44,125 nt of DNA, from positions 1 to 44,125 of IMG/VR virus record IMGVR_UViG_3300022177_000046, one strand, 5' to 3'. The stretch is from a virus. Its lineage: Duplodnaviria > Caudoviricetes. This document shows, piece after piece, positions 1-7,425 of this stretch. The notes beneath the pieces are model-generated. The model was not told the origin of the DNA and made no database searches. It was given only the letters and a program-made list of their open reading frames with translations. Numbering within the stretch: position 1 is the first letter of the stretch; every line of letters starts with the position of its first letter. The position numbers and the translations under genes are program-made.

Positions 1-371
1 ATGTCAAAATTCATTGTTGATTCCAAAAATCAAATGGGACAACTGTATTTAAATGGAATATCCAGGAAATACATGCTGTCTAAGTATGATCTTATTGGAT
101 CAACATTTGATACTGGGTCCACAAAAGTCGAAATTTTGGTTCTTTCAAGCAAATGATAATCGCACTCCTGAAGAAAACTACGCAAATAAAATCAGCAGCT
201 TAATATGGAAAATGACATTTTAAAGCAAGCAACGCTGATAATGTTTTTGTTGTAAGATATGACCACCCAACAGGGTGTGCAGAAAAAGTTTTGCAAAATG
301 ATGAATTGGTTCTTGTGAAAAACAATTACAACACATATTTAGTGCATCTTTAGTAGAGTTTAGTGGATACA

Positions 372-1439
372 TTATTTTAATTCGAATTTTCTAATCCTTA
401 TAGGAGTAAGTGCAGATATAAGCCAATTCGTCTTTTTATGATATTTTTCTGTATACTTCCATATCTGATAAGCTGATGCATCCGTCATGATTGTATGAGC
501 CACAAAAGGTATAGCCTTATTGACTGGAACAGCAAATATTGAATTAGTTTCAAATGAAAAATCTTTTGCAAGCTTTATATTATCAATCATATCTTCCCAT
601 CTTTCGTCTATTTTTGCATTAAAACAAAAAACAGGTTGTAATTTTTGTTTAGATATAATAACTTCATCAAATACAATCTCGATACCTTTCAAATTCAGTT
701 CCTCTTCGACTTCTCTAGTTATACAACTCAAAAAAGGATTATAAGTTTCATAATCTTCTTGAGATAACGTTCCTGCCGCTGTAACACTAAAGTGCCCAGA
801 TGATATTGCAACTTTTTTTGACCGCTTTACAATTCCCAACTTATTTTCACTGTCAACAATAAGTATGCTAACTGTGATTATATTAGCTAACGATTTGATT
901 TTTACAACATCAATAAAACTCTTGATGTTCCCATATTTGTCAACAGCATTTTTGACTTTTGTGATAAGATCAAACGTTCTCCACCACCTTCTAACTGCCA
1001 ACAAAACGTTTCTGAAAGATAGGATAGGAGAATTAGCTGGGTAAATACTCAAATTTGTAGATAGGAAATCAAAAAATTCAACTCGAGAAATTGTAAGGTC
1101 TAATTTGTCTTCCTCGGTTATCACAACATCATCTAACCTGACAGATATTCCATTAAAAGGTTTCGAGTTATTCCTTGAAGAGTAAAAATTAACGACAATC
1201 TCTCTTTCCTCTGTTGTTAATTCGTTTTTAAATGTTGTTTTTTCTAATTTAGTTATATCACCAATATCACTTCGATCAAGTGTGTAAACTCTCCTTCTTG
1301 GGTGAAGCGTTTGTCTAATCCAATTTGTGATGCCAGAATATTTAATAACCCAAAAACAATATGTTGTTAATATTAGCAATATGAGAGTTGCTATATTTAT
1401 CGTTACCGATTCTGTTAGCCTATAAAAAAAATCTGTCAT
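372..1439 (-). CDS. membrane-anchored NUDIX-fold protein (putative accessory/defence)
   Basis: N-terminal hydrophobic helix (INIATLILLILTTYCFWVI); Nudix-like segment GIVKRSKKVAISSGHFSVTAAGTL...CITREVEEELNL; AT-rich. Confidence 0.6.
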   Translation of the reverse strand: MTDFFYRLTESVTINIATLILLILTTYCFWVIKYSGITNWIRQTLHPRRRVYTLDRSDIGDITKLEKTTFKNELTTEEREIVVNFYSSRNNSKPFNGISVRLDDVVITEEDKLDLTISRVEFFDFLSTNLSIYPANSPILSFRNVLLAVRRWWRTFDLITKVKNAVDKYGNIKSFIDVVKIKSLANIITVSILIVDSENKLGIVKRSKKVAISSGHFSVTAAGTLSQEDYETYNPFLSCITREVEEELNLKGIEIVFDEVIISKQKLQPVFCFNAKIDERWEDMIDNIKLAKDFSFETNSIFAVPVNKAIPFVAHTIMTDASAYQIWKYTEKYHKKTNWLISALTPIRIRKFELK

Positions 1440-1553
1440 CAGTTTATATCCTTTCTGAATTGATTATGCATTAATACTATCACATATTCATAGTACTTAT
1501 AAAGTATTTTACAGCTTGTTTTTTATATTAACCAAACCAACAATTGTACTCTT

Positions 1554-2165
1554 TGATGATAGTATAAAAAAATGGACACACGGAATGATGTTTTGAAATA
1601 TAATAATACCGATAATCAGAATTTCAAGGTAAGCGCTCGTGGAGTAGCCTGGTCATGTTTGCACAATAGAAGGATGGCTTTATCTGGCCACAGTTATGGA
1701 CTTGTATTCGCGAAGAATAATCGGAGGGGCAACTGGCAGCAAAATGACCAAAGAGCTTGTTATAGAAACTCTCAAGAGGGCTATAGCACGCCAATTTTAA
1801 AAGCCAGGCCTTATTCATTATTCAGATTGCGGAAGTCAGTATTGTTCGAAAGACTATCAGTCCATACTGAGGAAATGCGGCACTTTGACCAGTATGAGCT
1901 GCAAATGCAACTGTTATGACAATGCTTACATAGAGCCGTTTCATGAAACAATCAAGCGCGATCTGATCTTCTATGAGGACTATAGAACTCTTAATCAATC
2001 AGAATCAAGCATTTGGAGCTATATAATAAACTTTTGCAATTTTAAAAGGATTCATTCAGCAAATAATCATATGTCTCCAATCCAATATGAAAAGAATACT
2101 ACCGGCTTAAAGCGGTTGCTTAGAAAAACTCCATTTGCAGTGTCCATTTTATTGACATAGTATCA
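1554..2165 (+). mobile_element. internally deleted IS3-family insertion sequence
   Basis: 26-bp imperfect terminal IRs: TGATGATAGTATAAAAAAATGGACAC (1554-1579) and reverse complement TGATACTATGTCAATAAAATGGACAC (2140-2165); only ~610 bp long. Confidence 0.8.
1669..2160 (+). pseudogene. IS3-family transposase (OrfB/rve) remnant
   Basis: EGWLYLATVMDLYSRRIIG...RQF*KPGLIHYSDCGSQYCS...SMSCKCNCYDNAYIEPFHETIKRDLI; in-frame TAA; no OrfA or N-terminus. Confidence 0.85.
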
Positions 2166-2180
2166 GTATCATCAGTTTGA

Positions 2181-3806
2181 TTATATCAATTCTAAGGAAG
2201 ATACACACTTTATTTTGCACACTCGAATTTCCGTACCATCCTTAAATATAAATCTCACATCATTTTTACCATAAACAGTAGCGTAGTCTACAAGGCTGCA
2301 CCACAGCTTTTCGTCAAATTCGGTAAGCAGGTTATCTTGCCTGCGGAGGATGTCGAGGAAAGCATTCATCATAAAGAGCCTTGTCTGCTTGTCGGTAATT
2401 TCTCTGGTAACCGCAGCATGGCGAGCTTTGACAAGTTCAAAGCGGTCAACCAGTCCGTTGTAACGTGTGTGGTATTCTTCCTGACTAAGAGCGAAGTGTG
2501 CATTTTCACCGATGGTTTGCTGTATCATCCCAGCTACAACCTCGATTTCGTTTTGCAGTTCAGCCTCCTCCTTTTCCAAGTCGGCAGTGTCGAATATCCT
2601 AGCCTTTATAAATTCAAAGTTTTCCAGAATTTCTTCCCTGTCGGAGAGCAGCTTGTTAACCGCTGATATAAAGAGCTTTTTGATTGTTTCTTTGTCAAGG
2701 TGTGGTGTCCGGCAGAGATTGTCACCATCGTATTTGCGATTGCATTGGTAAACGGTGCGACGATATTTATCGGTGGCGTGCCATATCTTTGAGCCGTACC
2801 AAGAACCGCACTGGCCGCATTTTATCCTGCTTGAAAATATGGTGATCCCACTTCGGCGGTTAGAACCCGATTTGCGGTTATCCAGTTCAATCTGAACCAT
2901 ATCGAATACAGGAGGGTCGATGATAGCCTCGTGGTTGTTTTTTACATAGTATTGTGGAATCTCGCCCTCATTGATTTTCTTTTTCTTGGTGAGGAAATCC
3001 GTCGTATAACTTTTCTGTAAAAGGGCATCGCCTTTGTATTTTTCGTTCTGAAGCATTCGGCGGACTGTTGCAGCATTCCATTTTGGCTTTTTGCCAGGTG
3101 AAAGAATGCCTTCTTCAGTTAGTATTTTTGCAATCGTATAGGTTGAATACCCTTTAAGGAAGAGGGAGAAAATGCGTCTGACAATGGCAGCTTCTTTTTT
3201 ATTCACTACCAGGTTCCCATCCTTGCCTCTGTCGTATCCGAGGAAATGCCCGAATGGAACGGTCACTTTACCATCTGCAAACCGCTTGCGTTTTCCCCAG
3301 GTTACATTCTCGGAAATACTGCGGCTTTCTTCCTGGGCAAGGGATGACATGATGGTAATTAGTAGTTCGCCTTTTGAATCCAAGGTCCAGATGTTTTCTT
3401 TTTCAAAATAGATCTCGATTCCTTTTTCTTTGAGCTGACGAACCGTGGTAAGACTGTCTACTGTATTTCGGGCAAATCTGCTGACCGATTTGGTTACTAT
3501 AAGGTCAATTTTGCCGTCTAAGGCGTCGGCTATCATGCGTTTGAAACCTTCGCGATGTTTGGTGTTTGTGCCTGAAATTCCCTCGTCAGTATAAATTCCG
3601 ATAAACTCCCAGTCATCACGGCTTTTGATGTAGTTGCTGTAGTAATCGACCTGCGCTTCATAGCTCGTGTACTGCTCATCGCTATCGGTGGATACCCTTG
3701 CATAAGCCGCAGTGCGGCGCTTTCTTTTATCATTGATAGGAGTCGCAGTAAAACGGCTAACCCTAGCAGGAATGGTTGTAACATTTTTAGATGTTTTGCT
3801 GCTCAT
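2181..3806 (-). CDS. large serine recombinase (resolvase, recombinase, Zn-ribbon and coiled-coil domains)
   Basis: AAYARVST catalytic Ser motif, DEGISGT, KSVSRFARNT, CGQCG Zn ribbon. Confidence 0.95.
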   Translation of the reverse strand: MSSKTSKNVTTIPARVSRFTATPINDKRKRRTAAYARVSTDSDEQYTSYEAQVDYYSNYIKSRDDWEFIGIYTDEGISGTNTKHREGFKRMIADALDGKIDLIVTKSVSRFARNTVDSLTTVRQLKEKGIEIYFEKENIWTLDSKGELLITIMSSLAQEESRSISENVTWGKRKRFADGKVTVPFGHFLGYDRGKDGNLVVNKKEAAIVRRIFSLFLKGYSTYTIAKILTEEGILSPGKKPKWNAATVRRMLQNEKYKGDALLQKSYTTDFLTKKKKINEGEIPQYYVKNNHEAIIDPPVFDMVQIELDNRKSGSNRRSGITIFSSRIKCGQCGSWYGSKIWHATDKYRRTVYQCNRKYDGDNLCRTPHLDKETIKKLFISAVNKLLSDREEILENFEFIKARIFDTADLEKEEAELQNEIEVVAGMIQQTIGENAHFALSQEEYHTRYNGLVDRFELVKARHAAVTREITDKQTRLFMMNAFLDILRRQDNLLTEFDEKLWCSLVDYATVYGKNDVRFIFKDGTEIRVCKIKCVSSLELI

Positions 3807-5496
3807 ATTTTTTCCTCCGTGCTTCTTGAATTTTCTCTCTTTTGCGCTTTTTCCGTTCTTCTGACCACGCTGGTTGTCGGTATTTGAACTGCCACTGCCT
3901 CGTAACCTCGCTACCGTCCTTTAGATGGAAAATTAGCTCGTGATTCGAAACCACGGTGATATGGTCAATCCTATCAATGAACACAGTCTCATCAAATTCA
4001 TCGATACCAAGAACGTCGGCGGATATTGTTTTTAGCAGAGTTTCTTCCAAGCCATTGTGCCCGCAATTACTGTATGCTGGACACCGCCAGTGACGGGTTT
4101 TCTCTCCACTCACAAGAGTGCTGGTTTTCCTGTGTAAATTTTGACCACATTTATTGCAGCTTATTTTGCAGGTAAAGCAGGTGATTGTTCCCGAACTTCG
4201 TGGATGTTTTTTGCTGTATGCAGACCTTGCTGCCCGAGCTTCAGCTGTCCACCAGTCTTTTCTTGCAGTAGACTCCCAATGCTGATTAATAACGGTGTCG
4301 TCGTGAAAGTGGAAGACAAGCTCATTCGGAGCAGGGACAATGATTTGTTTAATCTGTGTCATAAAGACATTCTCGTCAAATTCGTCTATTCCAAGGATAT
4401 TCGCACAGGCTTTTTTCAGCGTTGTTTCTGGGATATCCTTATTTTTGCAACCAAGGCTTTTCCGCCTAGAGGCGCAAGTCCACATCTTATATGAATTGTC
4501 AGGTTTGCGGCTTTTTGAAGATCTCTGAAAGTTTCTTCCGCAGATACCGCATTTAATCTTACTAGTGAAGCACCCCGTGTTTATTGGGAGATTCGCTATA
4601 GCACCTACTTCTCTACGGCGGGCTATCTCTGCTTGAACTTTGTTGAAGGTATCCAAATCTATTATTGCTTCATGAGAGCCCTCGACCCAATATTGCGGAA
4701 GTTCGCCCTCGTTGTTTTTTGACTTGTGTGTAATATAATTTGGTATAAACACTTTTTGGAGCAGCATATTGCCAGTATACTTTTCATTTCGCAGTATGGT
4801 GCGAATAGAGGTGTTGCCAAAATGACCACCTGTGTAGGATTTGACGCTCATTTCTTCGAGCTGCTTTTCGGTCTCCTCGGCCGATATTCCTTTCAGGAAG
4901 TTATCGAAAATCAACCTTACAATCCTCGCTTCTTGAGGCTCAACAATGAATTGCTTACCATTCCAGCGGTATCCGTAGATACTGAAGGAATTTGGTATTC
5001 CTTGCTGGAACTTTTTTCTTATAGCCCATTTGACATTTTCACTGATAGAGTGGCTTTCTTCCTGTGCAAATGATGCCAGGATGGAAAGCATAAGTTCACC
5101 GTCACCGCTGAGTGAATTGATGTGCTCTTTTTCGAAGCGTACTTCAATTCCAAGCTCCCGTAGGTGTCGTACTGTTTCCAGAAGGTCTACTGTGTTCCTA
5201 GCAAAGCGTGAGATGGACTTGGTTAGGACTATGTCTATTTTGCCTGCCTCACAGTCATCTAGTAATCTTTTGAATGCTTCGCGGTTATTCGTAGTGCCGG
5301 TTATGCCTTCGTCAGCGTAAACACCAGCATATTCCCATTCTTGTTGTTTTTGAATATAGGAGCTGTAGTGGCTGATCTGTGCCGAAAGTGAGTGCAGTGT
5401 TCTGCCTTTTTCTTCAGATACTCTGGCATAGGCTGCGACTCGTTTGCGGGTTGGCATAACCGGCACTGAGGGCTTGATTTTGCTTATTTTACGCAA
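3787..5496 (-). CDS. large serine recombinase with duplicated Zn-ribbon module
   Basis: AAYARVS, DEGITGT, KSISRFARN; TTG start at 5496 follows a GAAAGGAG RBS (ORF track opens at 5505). Confidence 0.93.
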   Translation of the reverse strand: MRKISKIKPSVPVMPTRKRVAAYARVSEEKGRTLHSLSAQISHYSSYIQKQQEWEYAGVYADEGITGTTNNREAFKRLLDDCEAGKIDIVLTKSISRFARNTVDLLETVRHLRELGIEVRFEKEHINSLSGDGELMLSILASFAQEESHSISENVKWAIRKKFQQGIPNSFSIYGYRWNGKQFIVEPQEARIVRLIFDNFLKGISAEETEKQLEEMSVKSYTGGHFGNTSIRTILRNEKYTGNMLLQKVFIPNYITHKSKNNEGELPQYWVEGSHEAIIDLDTFNKVQAEIARRREVGAIANLPINTGCFTSKIKCGICGRNFQRSSKSRKPDNSYKMWTCASRRKSLGCKNKDIPETTLKKACANILGIDEFDENVFMTQIKQIIVPAPNELVFHFHDDTVINQHWESTARKDWWTAEARAARSAYSKKHPRSSGTITCFTCKISCNKCGQNLHRKTSTLVSGEKTRHWRCPAYSNCGHNGLEETLLKTISADVLGIDEFDETVFIDRIDHITVVSNHELIFHLKDGSEVTRQWQFKYRQPAWSEERKKRKREKIQEARRKKYEQQNI

Positions 5497-5540
5497 AGAA
5501 CTCACTCCTTTCCAACACTATACATCACTCTAAAGAGCTG

Positions 5541-5717
5541 CTAAGTCAAGCGACTATGGAAGAATAATGTGCCCAATTTGGGGCGATATTTTTCTCGAAG
5601 GGAAGCCTCAATCAGGTCAAATTCTTCCTCTGTTACAAGGTCTTTATTCAGCATGGAGCGTGCGATTGCAAGGGAGGATTGGTATAGTTTTTCAGATTCA
5701 AACTGGTCCTTTGTCAT
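5541..5717 (-). CDS. small SHOCT-like protein of the recombinase module (58 aa, absent from ORF track)
   Basis: Read from sequence: MTKDQFESEKLYQSSLAIARSMLNKDLVTEEEFDLIEASLREKYRPKLGTLFFHSRLT*; ATGA overlap with the upstream gene. Confidence 0.8.
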   Translation of the reverse strand: MTKDQFESEKLYQSSLAIARSMLNKDLVTEEEFDLIEASLREKYRPKLGTLFFHSRLT

Positions 5718-6133
5718 ACTGTTTCACCACCCTTGAAACGGTCATTGATGTAGCATTCATGGGAGCAATACTTCCTACTGGAATTGCCATATGCAGTGAA
5801 AGGCTCATTACAGTAAGAGCAGTCAAATGAATAGATGGCTTTTTTATTCACCTTGTCTTGATGTGTATTCCACCACTTGGTTCGGCACTCATTGCAACAG
5901 AACTTCAGCGGCTTTTTACCGGGTGTTTGAAATAGTTCATTTCCGCATTGTTTGCAGAAAGCTTGGCTGACTATGGTAGTTGCTTTAGATTCAGTAAGAT
6001 TGTTAATCAACTTATTCCTGCGGCAATATGACTTTATTGTATTTATTGATAGTCCAAGGATATTTGCAATTTTTCTATAGCCCACGCCAATGGAGCGGAG
6101 TTCTATGATACGCTCTTTTTGCAATTGGTTCAT
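5714..6133 (-). CDS. HTH + Zn-finger DNA-binding protein
   Basis: N-terminal HTH (GYRKIANILGLSINTIKSYCRR); CKQC/CCNEC/CSYC/CSHEC clusters; GAAGGAGG RBS. Confidence 0.8.
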   Translation of the reverse strand: MNQLQKERIIELRSIGVGYRKIANILGLSINTIKSYCRRNKLINNLTESKATTIVSQAFCKQCGNELFQTPGKKPLKFCCNECRTKWWNTHQDKVNKKAIYSFDCSYCNEPFTAYGNSSRKYCSHECYINDRFKGGETV

Positions 6134-6179
6134 ATGTTTTCCTCCTTCAAAAGTTGAGGATTATTCCCTCAACATTCAA

Positions 6180-6205
6180 AGGACAGAAGGCAATTGTTTG
6201 AGTAC
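6180..6205 (-). promoter_or_regulatory. GTACTCA-N9-CTTCTGTCCT motif, copy A (putative phage-sigma promoter)
   Basis: Core identical to the copies at 34526 and 38747; intergenic, upstream of an RBS. Confidence 0.65.
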
Positions 6206-6224
6206 CTGAAAAATGGAGAAATAG

Positions 6225-6258
6225 AAAAACCGCCAGGTGAAAGCATCCACCCGGCGGT
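6225..6258 (-). terminator. intrinsic terminator after endolysin
   Basis: ACCGCCGGGTG...CACCTGGCGGT stem followed by TTTT on the minus strand. Confidence 0.8.
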
Positions 6259-6268
6259 AATATATAGT

Positions 6269-6976
6269 CTATACAGTTTTTATGAAAGCGTCCTTGAAGC
6301 CAGCAGCCTTGGCCTTGGCAAGCATCGCTTCAGCATTGGCTCTAAAGCTATAACTGCCAATCTGAACCTGGTAGAGCTTTTTCGTTTCGGCCTTTGTGCT
6401 TGTTTCAGCTGCCTGAAGCTGGAGCAGCCTTTTGACTTCAGCGCGAAAGGAATCCATGCTTTTTCCGTGTTTAGAAAACCAGTGCATCACATCGCTATGA
6501 TTGCTGGCGATGCCGAGTTTGTAGCCCTCAGAGTGGCAGATGATGCTTTTCTCGGTAAGGCCATATTGTTTGCAAAGGTATGCGCAAAGCTCTGCAGCTT
6601 CTTTATATATGGCTGCAAAGTAGGAAGGATCGCTCAGGTTGTCTTCGCAGATCTCGAATCCGATGTGGGTATCGTTGGCAGAGCCTCCTGAATGCCATCC
6701 GCGATGGCTCCAGGGTAGCGTCTGGTAGGTTGCAATGCTTCCGTTTTCCAGTTTCCCTATGAATGCATGGACGCAGACTTTTCTTCCATCAGGCCTATCC
6801 TGGTTCCAGTGGTTGCCGTAGAGGTTCTTTCCAAGCGATCCATCATCAGGAGCGACATAGCGCTTCAAGAAGGGATTGTTTGCACCGGTCGAATGTATCA
6901 TGATCCCTTGTGGGACGATCATTTCACCTGCTTTGTAACAGGCATTTTTCGTCAATATTTGCTTCTTTAGATTCAT
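6269..6976 (-). CDS. endolysin: N-acetylmuramoyl-L-alanine amidase + C-terminal SPOR-like domain
   Basis: IMIHSTG, CVHAFIG, GWHSG, IGFEICE, IICHSEG motifs; YQVQIGSYSFRANAEAM. Confidence 0.92.
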   Translation of the reverse strand: MNLKKQILTKNACYKAGEMIVPQGIMIHSTGANNPFLKRYVAPDDGSLGKNLYGNHWNQDRPDGRKVCVHAFIGKLENGSIATYQTLPWSHRGWHSGGSANDTHIGFEICEDNLSDPSYFAAIYKEAAELCAYLCKQYGLTEKSIICHSEGYKLGIASNHSDVMHWFSKHGKSMDSFRAEVKRLLQLQAAETSTKAETKKLYQVQIGSYSFRANAEAMLAKAKAAGFKDAFIKTV

Positions 6977-7377
6977 TGTGCATCCTCCTTGTTGAGCTGT
7001 TCAAGCACGCCCTTGAGTCTGTTTGGTATTGGCAAACCTATCTTCGCAGTGTTCTCCAGGATGCTGATCCCTTCATTGGAGAGATAGAAGAAGATGACTG
7101 CAGTTCTGATGGTGTTTCCACTTTGTATGAGCTGTGAATCAATGATGTGTCCAATTGCCACTAATGAAAATATCAGCACCTTTGTGAAGATACCTCTAAA
7201 GCCGATCTCACTTGAAAGCTGTTTCTCCAAGATGGCCACCATTATGCCCGTCACGTAGTCAATGACCACAAATGCTACCAGCGCATAAAGGAACCCGTCC
7301 CATCCTCCCAGAAAATAGCCTATGTAAGCGCCAATAGTAGCACATGCGATTTGACTCCAGTTTGAAATCTCTCTCAT
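6973..7377 (-). CDS. phage holin (holin_4_1 family)
   Basis: TM helices; DYVTG, SSEIGFRG, NEGISILEN motifs; directly upstream of the endolysin. Confidence 0.92.
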   Translation of the reverse strand: MREISNWSQIACATIGAYIGYFLGGWDGFLYALVAFVVIDYVTGIMVAILEKQLSSEIGFRGIFTKVLIFSLVAIGHIIDSQLIQSGNTIRTAVIFFYLSNEGISILENTAKIGLPIPNRLKGVLEQLNKEDAQ

Positions 7378-7406
7378 AAGTTTAGACCTCCTTGCTCCTT
7401 AAAATA

Positions 7407-7425
7407 CAAAAGAGCCTTACGGCTC
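7407..7425 (-). terminator. small terminator-like hairpin between tail gene and holin
   Basis: GAGCC-GTAA-GGCTC followed by TTTTGTATTTT; overlaps the stop codon of the tail gene. Confidence 0.5.

Noticed and set aside
1-371. Short ORF (1-156) and fragmentary frames at the left edge
   Set aside because: No recognisable motifs and no upstream context; a call cannot be supported.
1572-1919. 115 aa ORF in the track
   Set aside because: Alternative frame over the IS3 remnant; the transposase motifs are in a different frame.
2166-2240. att site at the recombinase 3' end
   Set aside because: No matching partner sequence found; serine-recombinase cores are too short to call, and the other end may lie beyond the window.
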